Assembly (NCBI RefSeq): GCF_000143415.4
Contig: NW_003314288.1
Coordinates: forward strand, 596,939-660,938
From: Selaginella moellendorffii
Taxonomy: Eukaryota > Plantae > Lycopodiophyta
Reading direction: 5' to 3'
DNA length: 64,000 nucleotides
Position numbers and translations under genes: made by a program. The notes below the pieces were generated by a model. It was not told where the DNA came from, searched no databases, and saw nothing but the letters and a program-made list of their open reading frames with translations. Positions 1-13,500 of this stretch are shown here, piece by piece (position 1 is the stretch's first letter; each line of letters begins with the position of its first letter).

Positions 1-48
1 CTTCTTGAACCTGTTGTCCCACCAGAAAGTGGGATCCTTGAACTCCAT
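1..48 (-). CDS. 5' end of a second PDF-PPR(-DYW) gene copy running off the left edge
   Basis: Reverse complement reads ATG GAG TTC AAG GAT CCC ACT TTC TGG TGG GAC AAC AGG TTC AAG AAG (MEFKDPTFWWDNRFKK), matching the gene start at 37677. Confidence 0.75.
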   Translation of the reverse strand, partial: MEFKDPTFWWDNRFKK

Positions 49-1338
49 GAGATTGTTGAGAAATGACACACACACCACACAAACCCTAGCGCCGCACGCA
101 TACCCTAGAAATCCCGATTTGTTATTACTTAACTGTAGTAGTAAAAAGCTCGTGTTTTCTTGTTTTTTCTTTTTCCAATTCTTTTCCTTTTTAAACTTTA
201 CAATGTCACAGCTTAACTGCAGCAGCTTAGATGTTTATTGTTAAAAAAAAATCTCTTTGATATATATAGAAAGTGAGCCAGAAGCAATCAGTTGCTCAAG
301 AGCTGAAGAATCAGTACATGCATAATTTTCAGACAATCTTCTAACTGGCTGAACATCAGGTTTTTATGATTATTATTATTATTACTAACAACACGCGATT
401 TGTTATTCTCTGCATTCATTTTTTATATGATCTGCTGCTGCATGCACTTAACTGTAGGTAGTCTTCAGTTCTTCAATATAATCTGCTAACTAAAAGATAT
501 CGATACACTCAATATGCAAAAATAAACCTCACTCTACACAAATTAAATCAGGGCACCAGTTTCATGCAGAACACTTTCGTAAATGACTCTCGCCCCGGAC
601 CCATGTGGTGGTAAAACCTCACAAGGCCTCACTTACTTATATTCACCCTGGGCTTCTGGCTGCTCTGCAACATACCTTACCACACCAAACTCTTCACACA
701 TGAAGCCACGCACAGAGGGAAAGACCGCACGAGGCCTCATGTGCTTACATTCAGTCCTTATATGTGTTCTTGGCCTTGCTCAGTTCATCTCCTTTGCTGT
801 CCACCTGCACTTCTTTACTTCATGTTTTTGCTTGCATGCTTCGATTGACATCTTCAGATTTTCAAGCATACGATTGTGGCATACCGTGGCTACGTTTTTC
901 GGCAGAGCTTGGAGGTGCTGAAAGCAGCATTTAGTTCGTGGAGGATTGATCTTGATTTGGATTGTATGGATCTCTATAAATTTTGAAACTTGAGTTTATT
1001 TTCTTCTTTTTCTTCTATGTTGCCAAAATAACTGGTGTCAAACTTGCTTTTGCAGACTATCTCTAGTACTTCTGGATGCGATCAAGGCCTGCTGCTCATT
1101 GCTTCAAAGGAGGAGATGATAATTGATCCCCAAAGAGCGAGCTTGATGGTTTTGTTGCTTTCATCAAGTTATCATTCTGCTGCGATCTAAAACACCACAT
1201 CATCCACTATACTTTCACAGGTTTTGAGACAGGTACCCGGGAAAGGTGTATTCTATTGTTGTTCCTCAGGACCTAGACTTGTTTTGCCGCCTCAAGTGTG
1301 AGCTGATCAAGATGAGGGAGAAGCTTGCAATGGTGGAA
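1..1338. repeat. Left outer arm of large inverted duplication (inverse of ~36349-37725)
   Basis: Near-identical reverse complement. ORFs 5..244 / 37502..37732 and 583..921 / 36766..36987 give matching peptides. Homology ends at ...gcaatggtgga (1338). Confidence 0.95.
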
Positions 1339-2950
1339 ATCCCTTTTATATACTTGTTGAAGAAATCCATACCAAACACTATCTGAAAATTTAGTATTTT
1401 CAACACTACCAAGTCCACTCTTTCTTTCCACTTAGATATCTTTATTGGAACATCACTCACAAACTTTCTGGCTACTTGCCCACCTTCCGCAAACCAGAAG
1501 TGCATAGGTGACATTTGCTTAGAATTCAATCCTAACAACTTAACTAAGTCTTCGGATATCACACTATGCGTAGCTCCCATGTCAATCATCTCTTGGATTC
1601 GGTGTCCATAGACAAAGCCTACAAGATACATCAACGGAGCAGTGTTTGCATTAACTGCAAGAAAAGCTTGAGGAAAGCAATAAAAGTTACTCACCTCTTC
1701 TTCCTCATAGTTTGCATTGACCAACTCGTCAACCCCTTCAGCTTCACCACCACCGTCTTCCCTCATGACATTAACGCGAGACCTTGTCTTATGCTTGTTG
1801 GGACATTCCGAGGACCTATGTCCCGACTCTCCACAATGGAAGCAATGACCCACACTACCCGTTCCGCTAGGAACAGGTTTTGCATGTTGCTGCTGCTTGT
1901 ACCCACCAGGAGGAGGAATAGAGGGCCTAGGACCAGAAGAAGCTGCTGGTGGTCTCCAACCACCACCACCTTTGTTAACCGTAGCTTGTGAGCCTCCAGG
2001 GTGGTACCTACTTTCCACCCTTTGTTTATGATCACCTTGGTTATTCCCAGAATTTCTATTCTTATCCGAGTTACCAGCCTGCGGTTGCTGATATTGTTCC
2101 ATGAGCGAGTGACTAAAGGCAACTTGCTGCGCTGCCTCCTTACACTCCAAGTATGTCTTCGGCTTAAACTTCAAAATCTCATTGTGAGAAAATGAACTTA
2201 AACCCTCCAGAAAATAACTCTGAGCATCTTTGTCACTCATATTTGCAATCATAATACACTTATGAGCAAATGCATTAATGTAATACATGAAATCCCCTCG
2301 CTGCTTTAACCGCCACAACTCTGCGCGAAGTCTCAGACCAAGATCATCCGGCAAGTATTCCTTACAGTCTTGGTCCAACTTCTAGTCTGCCCTTTTTCAG
2401 CACATACCTGGCGCCACCAAGTTTTGGCATGATCGGTAAGAAAGGATTGCGCGCATGCAACTTTCGTATGATCATCTATGTCTGCCGCTATGACATAATT
2501 TTCCATATCGTAGACCTAGTCTTCCAAAATTTGATAGTCCCACATGCCTCTGAAGTTGGGTGGTTTTGGAGGCTTGAACTTTGAAACTCGTGCAACTGGG
2601 GGTGGCTGCAGAACTTCATCGTCCTCAGAACTTGAAGAGGAGTCCGGTTGCTTAGGCTTAGCTGGTTTAGCTACCTCAGCTTCTTTCTTCCTCTTTTTGT
2701 TTTCCTTCTTCAATTTGTGAATCTCCCTTCGCAAATTATCAATCTCGACTTCCTGAGCTGTACGCTGCAACGCCACAGCATCTGGCTCTTCCTCTTCCGA
2801 CTCAGCCTCAACCTCTTTCACAGCATCTCTAACAGGAGTTTCCTCCTCTCGATTCGCCCGTCTAGAGGTTTCAGTGTCATCAGCATGGTTCCTCTTCACC
2901 ATCCTGCTAGCTGCATGCATGCTTCTATCAGTAACTGAACATGCATACAA
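1339..2950 (-). pseudogene. Ty3/Gypsy gag and aspartic protease, truncated
   Basis: Retrotransposon gag-like region, CCHC knuckle CFHCGESGHRSSEC, protease IDMGATHSVIS, in-frame stops between ORFs. Confidence 0.9.
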
Positions 2951-3093
2951 TGTTCTTACCGAATGGTGCTATCCAACTAATCCTACACAGGTCGCTTCGG
3001 ATCTACTAGAAAACTCTCTGCGTATGCAACTTGAGTCAGAAAATCTGGCAAAAGTTGGATAGGAATCGCTGAGACAAATCCTCTGATACCAAA

Positions 3094-4007
3094 TGTAGCG
3101 CACCTGAATTTGGAGCTGAACTCCAAGCCTGTTGTGCTATGAAACGAGGGTCCGGTACAATCCCATGAGCACCAGCTCCACGTATCCAACACCTGCACGC
3201 AAAATGGTGTCAGACGGAGTCTGGCACAATTTTGGCATACTGGTGGCCTAACGCGAGGAGGAGGGTACCCCACCGACTAGAGCAGCATGGAGCTTGGCTT
3301 AGACCCAAGCCGGACGTAGAACAAGGAGCGACACAGCCCAGTGGGAGCCAAACTAATGTCTCAGGTGGTCGGACATGCATTCCAACCACTATCCCTACTA
3401 TACATTTGGAACCCCCCACAGCCCCCCCCCTTGAGGAACACACGCTTTGGGCTTTCACCCCAAGCTTCCCTTAGTACTAGGAGTTAGTCTCTGGGACAAG
3501 TCCGAAACTTACTAAATATGGAATGGCGCTAGATTATGAATTTGGACACAGGACGAACACCATTGTGTTCAGGCCAATCTCTACATTCCATAGATATGCT
3601 AAATGAGCTAATCTAGATACTTTCCATAAATAGCACTTGGGACCAAAATAAGACTAACACAAAGGACATGATAGCAAGGGTGTTTGGCAGACATGGTAAG
3701 CTATCATCTAGCGAATATTGAGGGACTAGTCTCACTATCGCGGGGGTTCCCAACACTAGCAAGTGCAAGTCAACGAATGAGTTTCTCTAACCAATTCAAG
3801 TATGCTTGACAAATAGCATATAAGAATTCCGTCCTTATGCTCATCTGGTCAAGTGCACAAGCGATGACCAGTTTCTCAACTAGTTTGGGTGGAGACCATA
3901 AAAGGGACCAGCAGTACCGACCTCTTGCCATTGTGACAGTAAGGAAAGAGTGCTCGTAAGGATTGGTCGACAAGTATCTTTTGATACCCGAAGTTACATT
4001 CGCGACA
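3094..4007 (-). repeat. LTR (family A), followed on the minus strand by a tRNA-iMet PBS (3081-3091)
   Basis: Minus strand reads TGTCGCGAATGT...CGCTACA then TTTGGTATCAGAG; homologous to the LTRs at 4160, 8375, 14901 and 21023. Confidence 0.9.
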
Positions 4008-4074
4008 CTCCCCTCCTTGAGAAAAAGGTTTGTTGTTCTCTTGGAGTTCAAGAGGCATCCTCTTCACCTCTTCA

Positions 4075-7000
4075 ACTCTTAAAGGCTAAGTATTTTACGC
4101 GACTTGATTTGCGGTCCGGGTATCATCAGATACAGGTGGCGGATCAGGATGTGGAGAAGTGTCGCGAATGTGACTTCAGGTATCGAAAGTTACCTGTCGG
4201 CTAGTCCTTACGGACACTCTTACCTTACTGCCACGATGGCAGGAGGTCGGTATTGCTGGACCCTTTATCAGCCCCTCTTGTTCAAGTGTTAGTAAACTGG
4301 ACTTTACATCTGTACTTGGCCGGATGAGCATAAGGATGGAATTCCTAAGTGTCTATTCATCCAAGCATACTTGGCCTGGCTTTTTAGTTCTCTTTTGCTC
4401 TGTCTTGCACTGGCTTGACAAGAACCCTCGCGTATTGAGATTGGTCCTTCAATATCGCTAGATGATAGCTTACCGTGTCTGCCAAACACCCTCGCTATCA
4501 TGCCCTTTGTGTTAGTCTCATTTCGGTCCCAAATGCTATTTATGGAAAGTGTCTAGATTTGCTCATTTGGCATATCTACGGAATGTAGAGATCAGCCTGA
4601 ACACAATGGTGTTCGTCCCGTGTCCAAATTCACAATCTAGGGACATTCCATATTTAGTAAGTTTCGAGCTTGTCCCAGAGACTAACTCCTGATACTAAGG
4701 GAAGCTTGGGGTGAAAGCCCAAAGCGTGTGTTCCTCAAGGGGGGGGGCTATGGGGGGTTCCAAATGTATAGTAGGGATAGTGGGTAGGTCGGGCATGGCC
4801 GACCAACCTGAGGCATAGTCTAGCTCCCACTTGCGTGCCTGTCCTTGTTCTGCGTCCGGCTTGGGTCTAAGCCCAAGTTCCATTCCATGCTAGCTGGTGG
4901 AGTACCCATATCCTCACGTTAGGCCACCGGTATGCCAAAATAGCGCCAGACTCTGTTTGGCTCCGTTTTGTGTGCTGGTCCTGGCATTGGGAAGCTGGTT
5001 GCTCCAGGACTGTTCCAAGTCGCTCCGGGCTCCTGTCCCTTCGCTCTTTGGGCTATATGCTCGAGAGTTGCTCCGTGGTTCGGTTCCATCACTCCTTGGC
5101 TATATGCTTGGGAGTTTGGCACCGTTCGTTCGTTCAGTGGCCCAAGGCCCTGAACCTCGGGTTCCTGTGGACACGTGGCATGGACACGTGGCATGTGACA
5201 CATGGCATCTGTCACATGGCACAAAGAGGGTTTAGGTTCCGCTTCGTGGTGTTATCCTATGGTAAATCACCATAGAATAAAGGGTCAAAACCACGTGCGC
5301 TACAAGAAGACAGCATTTAAGACTCGGTACGGATCTTATGAGTTCCTTGTCATGTTGTTCGGGTTATGCAATGCTCTAGCAACATTCAGCACTATGATGG
5401 ATAGAATATTCGAAGATTATTTAGATGCATTTGTTGTCCTATATATCAACGATATTCTAGTCTTTAGTGAAACATTGGAGGATCATTTGAAACACTTGGA
5501 GCTGGTGTTTCAAAAGTTGCGCGAACACAAATTGTATGCTAAGGAAAGTAAATGCGCTTTTGGTCAATTGTGTGTAAACTTCTCGGACATATAGTTGGTG
5601 GTGGCGTGATTGAGGTCGATCCAAAGAAGGTGGAAGCAGTGAAGTCTTGGGAAGTTCCGACCACTGTATCAGATGTTCGTTCCTTTCTCGGTTTGGCAGA
5701 TACTATCGCAAGTTTGTCCACAATTTTGCAAGAATTGCTCTTCCGTTGACTGAGTTGACGAAGAGTAATATTCCATTTCATTGGACACCAGCTTGTCAAC
5801 GTGCTTTTGCACGGTTGAGGAGATCTTGACTATGGTTCCTATTCTCAGGATTCCAGATCTTGATAAACCCTTTGAAGTGCATTGTGATGCGTCTGGTTAT
5901 GCTATCGGTGCCGTGTTGCAGCAAGATTGTGACAAAGTGGTTGGTGTTACGCTAAGGCGACATGGTTGTCCCGTTGCGTTCTATTCCAAGAAATTGGATG
6001 AAACTCAACGAAGATGGCCAATGCATGAGAAAGAGATGTTTGCTATAGTGTCGGCCCTGGAACACTGGAGACACTACTTGGGTGGACATACCAAGGTTTA
6101 TACAGATAATAACACACTAAGCTACTTTGCTACGCAGCCTAAGCTTACGCTGAAGCAGGCTCATTGGCAAGAGAAGCTTGCTAGATATGATATTGAAATC
6201 ATGTATAAACCTGGTAAAGACAATATTGTCCCAAATGCGTTGAGTCGTCAGGCTCAATTCCAGGCAATATCAGCCATCAATTCAGACTGGTTAGAGCACG
6301 TTTGGGCTTCATATGGAAGTGTTCCATTGGCAAAGGCAATCTTGCACTATGCGGAGTTGGTGAAGTAGAAACCTGGTAGTGAAGCGGCAAAAGTTGCTAG
6401 TCATACCAATGTGAAGCTTCACTTCTCAGTTCAAGATGGGCTTATATTCTATAAGCAAGAAAGATTGTATCTTCCCTCTAAGGATCTGTAGCAGTTGTTT
6501 CTGTGGGAACATCATGATGTTCCGACAGTAGGACATGGTGGAAAACAAAAGACTTTGGCTTCATTGAAAAAGGGATTTTTCTGGTCTAGTATGGAAGGTG
6601 ATGTAGCGGACTATGTCCATTCTTGCCCTATATGCCAGAAATGTAAGCACAGAACTGAGAAGCAGGCTGGAAAGTTGCAGTGCATTCTAGCACTGGCATG
6701 GCCATTTCAAAGTGTGACACTTGATTTCGTCACTTGTTTGCCAAAGTCTAAGTGTTATGATACTTTGATGGTGGTTGTGGATCGGTTGTCAAAGATTGCA
6801 CACTTCATTCCAGTGAATGCAAAACAAGCAGCAAAGCTCTTTTTCCATGAAGTAGTTCGGGCTCGTGGTCTTCCCGAAGAGATGATCTCAGATAGAGATT
6901 CAAGATTTACAGGGAAGTTTTGGGGCACACTATTCCAGCTGTTCTGTACCAAATTGAAGTTTAGTATAGCTTATCATCCTCAAACCGATGGGCAGACCGA

Positions 7001-8943
7001 ACGCATGAATGCTCAAGTAGAGGATTATCTGCGGTAATATGTCACGGTAGACCAACACCACTGGGTTGAGCATTTAGACATAGCAGAAATTTGTTATAAC
7101 AACACATTTCACAGCACTATTGGCTATTCTTCATAGGAGATACTACAAGGGAATGCTCATGGGGTGCCTTAACAGATAGTTGTACCAAAACCAATGACCG
7201 AAGTGTTGGTCCCGGCCATTGAGACTTATGCAGAGCAGCTACGCCAAGGTTGGTCTAGAGCTACTGAGGCAATGGGCAAAGCTCAGGATAGGTATCGACG
7301 TGATAAGGATCAACATCGTCAGGATGTATCCTATCAAGTGGGAGATCAGGAGTGGCTATCTTCCCGGAACTTGAACATTAAGGGATCTTTGTCTCGGAAG
7401 CTATTACCAAGATATGTTTGACCCTATCGGGTGTTAAAACACATTGGTGATGTATCCTATAAGTTGGATCTTCTGGATGAGTTATCCCAGCTACATGATG
7501 TGTTTCATGTCAATTTACTGGCACCATATCATGCTGCTGTGGAACACTCTATGGACATGCGTCCTCCGCCAGTGATTGTGGATGGTGAACCTGATTATGA
7601 AGCTGAGTCTATCTTAGATTCTCGGTTTCGAAGATGGGCTCGTGCGAAGGAATACCTAGTAAGTGGAAAGGTTAGCCAACTTATGAATCAACTTGGGAAC
7701 CTCTTAGGAATCTTACATATGCTCATGAGCTTGTCACAGAGTATGAGAATCGTAATAAAGATTAGCTTTTGTAAATCTTGTAATAAATCTTGCAAATTAA
7801 TAAAGTAATATATTTTTATACATCAAAGTGTCGTCTCTTTTGTTCATTAGTACTTGGGTCAGTTTTGGCAAGCTGACTCTGGCACTTCGGTGCATGGGTC
7901 CAATCCATAACCATGGGGATCACTATTATAGACTGATCATAAGTCCCTGCCTCTCTCTCGATGACTCATTCTTGACAAAGGGGTGTGGTCATGTAAACAA
8001 CTTTATCTGCCAGTTTATAATAGTTGTCTAAATCTTCCCGACGGGGTTGATTTCTTGCTCAGGGGAAGTGGGGCCTCTGGCCTCCTCCCTATGTTCATGC
8101 GGGCAGGGATGTATCATTCCTTTGTAAGCCAAGTGGTACTTCGAGCAGCAAGGGGGGCTAACTTCATTAGTCATTTCCTTGTCGGCGACGGCCAGAGGGT
8201 GTCTAAGTCTTAACATCTTTAGACATAGAGGAGAGGTCGTTCCATAACTCATTTAAGTTGGTGTGTTTCCTATATAGTGTGCTTTCCGTTAACTTTTGGA
8301 GTTGTTTCCTTGACAGTTTGCTAGACTCAGGTATGCATCGACGAGGACGTCGATCTTCCCCAAGGGGGGGAGAGTGTTGCGAATGTGACTTTGGTATCGA
8401 AAGATACTTGTTGGCCAGTCCTTACAAGCACTCTTTCCTTACTAACATGACGGCAGGAGGTCAGTACTACTGGTTTCCTTCAATAACCCCTCTTGTCCAA
8501 GTGTTAGTTTACTGGGCTTAGTATCTGTGCTTAGCCAGATGAACATAAGGTAGGAACTCCTATGTGTTTCTAGTTGAGCATTCTCGGCTTAGCTCTTAGT
8601 TCTCTTTTGCTATGTGTTACACTAGCTTGGCAAAAACCCTTGCATATTGAGACTAGTCTCTCAATATTGCTAGATGATAGCTTACCGTGTCTGCCAAACA
8701 CCTTCGCTATCATGCCCTTTGTGTTAATCTTATTTTGGTCCCAAATGCTATTTATGAAAAGTGTCTAAATTTGCTCATTTGGCATATCTACGGAGTGTAG
8801 AGATCATTCTGAACACAATGGTGTTCATCCCATGTCCAAATTCACAATCTAAGAACATTCCATATTTAGTAAGTTTCAAGCTTATCCTAGAGACTAACTC
8901 TTGGTACTAAGGGAGGCTTGAGGTGAAAGCCCAAAGCGTGTGT
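4075..8943 (+). mobile_element. Ty3/Gypsy chromovirus-type pol (RT-RNaseH-integrase-chromodomain), PPT and truncated 3' LTR (8375-8943)
   Basis: LDLRSGYHQI, YINDIL (YxDD variant), CDASGYAIGAVL, H2C2 finger, YHPQTDGQTER, chromodomain-like DYEAESILDSR. PPT aagggggggagag precedes TGTTGCGAATG. Frameshifts and stops present. Confidence 0.92.
4160..5304 (+). mobile_element. Solo LTR (family A) inserted in the RT domain
   Basis: TG...CA ends with a 5-bp TSD AGAAG at 4155-4159 and 5305-5309; interrupts ...DQDVEK/TAFKTRYG. Confidence 0.95.
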
Positions 8944-10430
8944 CTAGAACACATGTCCTCGATATCTTGCACTTGGTGCAATGGACACTCTTACAGAATC
9001 CACTGTAAAAGAACATCATCTCTAGGAATCATAGTCCGATTCCTCTTGACTAGGAAACCATCTCGTACATCGAAGGAAGCACAATTGCATTGGAAGAGGT
9101 GCCCCCCTTCAAAACAACTGCATGTTCCTTCACTACAAAGGACTCGAAGTTAGCAAGCTCCTTAATGTCATCCAACAAACCACTAGAGAGCTTCCCAAAC
9201 GAGATAGAGTTCACTATCCTAGACAATGGAGAAACAACCACCTTTACTGTCCACTCCTTTCAGAAAGAGGAAAATTGTCTTAAAGAAAAGTTGTAGATCT
9301 TAAAAAACCTAGCAACTTTGCTTTAAACATCAATCTTCCGAATTCACGAGTAATCTGCAGTCAAAATTACCCTATGACTTTTACTCGGGAATCCCCGGGG
9401 AAATTGGTTTTCGTCACCTTAAACCCCAGGGCTAAACTCCTCTGGTGGTTTGAAATCTGCACATCCATTTCCTGCAAAATCTCCAGTCAATGAGCTAGCC
9501 GGCCTTAAAGCTCCATCTGGTGAGTGAAAAGAGTGACAAGTGGTAAAGTTATCGACATGAAAAATCCAAACCATACAGATAATGCCTCCACACTTTGACT
9601 GCAACAACTACAACATACAACTTCCTATCCCGAGTGGGCAGTTCAGCTAAATTGCGTCAAACTTGTGGCTTATGTAGGCAATAGGACAGCAGTCTTGCAC
9701 CAAGACAGCTCCTATACCCTCATCACTAGCCTTGTTACTGAAAATATGCATTGCACCAGAGTCAAAGAGAAAACTGAGCACTTGGCTGTGCACAACTCAT
9801 TGCACAAACAACCGTACAGCTCAGATGAGTTGATACAATTCTTCTTCACTCCTTCAGAAATAGTGACAGCAGTGTCAGCTAGAACATGAGTAGATACATT
9901 CTCTCCTTGGTCCACATTGACACCCATGGCCTCACTAGGATCAGAAAGAGAAAAGGACTCATGAGCCATAACCTCTGAACACATAGACTCCATAGCGTGA
10001 GCCTTAGCCTTCTATCACAAGTGGCTTATCACAAGAAAATATTTGTAGAATATACATGATTGCTTTAACCGCTCAAACGCTTCTTGACACTTTCACCCCA
10101 CACCAACTTAACATGCTTGGTGGTGTTTCGAAGAATATCCATCAAAGGAGCAGCAATCAAGGAGAAGTCCTTCACAAACCGGCAAAAAACTCCCACCATA
10201 CCAAGGAAACCCATCCACAGTAGGGGGAACAAGCTAGTCAATGATTATCTGAGTCTTTTGAGGATCTTCCCGCACACCATCTCGTACCACCACATGTCCA
10301 AGATAGGTGATCTCCTCCAAGAAGAACTCACGCTTTGACAGTTTAGAATACAGCTTGTTCTCCCTCAATAGCAGCAACATTTGCCTCACATGCATCTCAT
10401 GTTCCTCCTTAGTCGTAGGACATCATCAAA
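8944..10430 (-). pseudogene. Degenerate Gypsy pol fragment
   Basis: RT-like remnants around 10100-10430; 8945-9150 is the inverse of 32395-32600. Confidence 0.6.
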
Positions 10431-10599
10431 GTAGTGCCTCGCACATGAGATTGCATAACTCTATCAAAAGAACTGTTTGATAATAGTTAGCCTCGGCCAT
10501 CATATGAAGCAACATCTTTGCTGAGTTAGAAAAGACTTCTTGAGCATTCCAAAGCTTCAAAATGAGATAGTCAAAGGATCTCAGCTAGCAATAAGTTGT

Positions 10600-13500
10600 T
10601 CTAGTATGGTTAGTCTTCTTTTTATCGATTCTTCTTAGTTGATTTTGTATTGTATTGCCATTTGTAGTGATGGAACGATGTACTCGAGTGGTGTCAAAGC
10701 TTCAAGGCCATAAGTGAGCTTGAACGGTGTCAAATTTGCTGAAACCTTATATATGGTTCAATATGCCTACAAGGCATCATAGATGTGATCGTCCCAGTTT
10801 TTTTTATTTATTTTCACAATTTTCATGATGATGTTTTTGAGTGTCTTGTTTGTAAACTCTGCTTGACCATTGCCTTGAGGGTAGTATAGTGTTGAAGCCT
10901 TGTGCTTGATAGTGAATTCTTGAGTCAGAATTTTGATGGTTTCATTGATGAAGTGTATTCCTTGATCAGTGACGAGTTCTCAAGGTAAGCCATATCTTGT
11001 GATGATGTTTCTTAAATGATCTTTGTTGTGTTCTTTGTTGTAGTAATCTTTATTGGTTGAGCTTCAGCCCATTTTATCATATAGTCTATTGCAATTAGAA
11101 TGTATTAGTTTTGCTTAGAGCTTGTCATAAGTGGACCAACAAAGTCAAGTCCCCATTATTGAAAAGGTTCGAGTGGAGTTTTTGGATGAAGTTCTTGAGT
11201 TTATTTTTTTGGTGCATACTTGATTCATTGATAGATGTCGCATTTTTTATAGAACTTGGCTTAGTTGTGCCAAAGTGTTTGCCACCAAAGTTTTGTTTGT
11301 AAAATTTTTCAAGCTATGATTTCTTTAACAAAATGTCCTCCTATTTGTCCATAGTAAGCTTCTTCAAGTAGATCTTGTGTTTCTTCTGGGTTTGCACATC
11401 TTCTTAAAATGTTGTCTCTTCCTTGTTTGTACAGTTTTCTACTGAATATAGTCTTGTCCTCAAGACAAATTACTTGCACTTGTCGGAGGTTGAATATCAA
11501 CTTAGATTGTTGCTATTGTGAGGTAGTAGTAGATGTTGTCCATCTAGGTTGGTGATGTGTGGATTTGAAGGATATTGGAGTCAGGAAAGTTGTCCACGTT
11601 GTGTTTCGATTGTTCATCAATTGTAATGTGGCTTAGGTGTTCATATTCTCTTCCAGGCTTGTAGATGATCTCGAAATTGTATTCTTGAAGTAGTAAGAAC
11701 CATTGTGCAATTCTGCTAGTGAGGATTGTTTTGTTGAAAAAGTGAAGGAAGTTACAAAGTAGATAGTATTGAAACTTCTGGAGTGCGTAGATCATTGCTA
11801 GAGCTTCTTTTTTAGTTGTAGTGTAGTTCATTTTGGCTGAGTTGAGTCTTTGATTTGCATAGTAGATCAGTCAGTCTTTATGATCTTCTTGTTGTTGCAA
11901 AAGGATCACTCTGAGGGCATAGTTGGAGGTGTCGACTTGGATGTTGAAGTCTTTATTCCAGTTTGGTTGAGCAAGTATTGGAGCTTGGGTGAGGGAATTC
12001 TTAAGGTTGATAAAGGCATTTTGACAATCTTGAGTCCAATTATAAGCTTGATTCTTCTTAAGGAGTTCAGTGATAGGTTTTGCAATCTTGATGTAGTCTT
12101 TGATGAATCTTCGATGGTATCTCATTTTACCAAGGAATAATCGAAGGCTTGAAAGGTCGAATGGATGTTGTATGTTGGTGATTGTGAGGGTCTTGTCCTT
12201 GTGGATGAGGATTCCTTCTTTAGAAACTACATGTCCAAGTAGAATTCCTAATTTGACAAAGAAAATACACTCGTCAGGGTTCAATGTGATATTGTGTTTA
12301 TGGCATTTGATGAAGCATTTCTCTAAGCATTAGAGATGATCTTCTTTTTTGCTAAAGACACTGAAGTCATCCATAAATACTCACATAAATTCGGTGAGGT
12401 ATTCTCGAAAAATGTCAGTGATGATCCATTAAAACATGAATGGTGCATTAAAGAGACTGAAAGGCATGCGAAGGTAGGCGTATGCTCCCCATGGATTGAT
12501 GAAAGCCATCTTGTGTTGGCCTTCATACGCAATGTGTACTTGATTGTAACTAGGTTGTATCTTTAGGTATTCCAAGGTTAATTTCTTGAGCTGGTTCTTC
12601 AAGGTTGAGTATAGGTGTAAGTCGTGATCCTTCTTATCGTAGACCTGGTTGTTCTTGGAGTGGAATTTGTTGATGCGCCAGTTTAAACTATTCAAGTTTG
12701 ATGCTTGAATGTTCTCATTATTTTTTCATGTGTGCTGGTGTTGTCTTTTCTTTCAAATCTTGGTGTTGGAAATCTTCATTTTGAAGTTGAGGATCTTGAT
12801 TGCTTGTTTTGTTCAGGATGATTCGGTTGAGATCGACTTAGATTAGCATTTTTAATTCGGGGTATGCCTTGAGAATTTGAGCTTCTTCATAGCTGTCGAG
12901 TCTTTCATTCTAGTCATATTGTTTGATTGTGGTTAGTTAAAATTTTTTTGCGATCTTCTTTATAATACTGGTAAATAGTTGTGGAGCATCTTTATGTCCT
13001 CCAAGGGTGATGGTATTGTTCCTCCAGTATGTGATAATGTCTATTGTCTTGAGCCAAGTTCATTTGAGAAGTACTTTGTAGCAGCTTTGGTCTTTCGCCA
13101 TCTTGAGTATGATGAAAGTTACTTTAAATTCTTGATCTTTAATCTTGATAGGAATGTTGTGCATGATTCCTGATGGTTGTACACTCCAATTGTTAGCCAT
13201 CTTGGCATTGAAGGGTGTAGAGTGGATTAGTCCAAGTCCTATTGCTTTGCAGGTTGAATACTTGATAATGTTGACATTTGCTCTGCCATTGATGATTACT
13301 TATATAACTTTGTTCTTTTTTATCGTGATTGGGATGTATGGTACATCTTCATCATAATCGCTAGGTTGGATGTTTGCCTTATGGGATGAGTTGTTGGTTT
13401 TATTCTTGACTTGAGCTGAAGTTTTTTGGTGGAGAAGCTTGACATATCTTGAAAAGTTGTTTTCTCAAGTATGAAATTACTTATAAAAGTTCTAGAAGGG

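Noticed and set aside
4008-4020. PPT next to the 3094-4007 LTR suggesting a tandem shared-LTR element
   Set aside because: The same purine tract occurs at 35820 without this LTR, so it is better explained as pre-existing target sequence.
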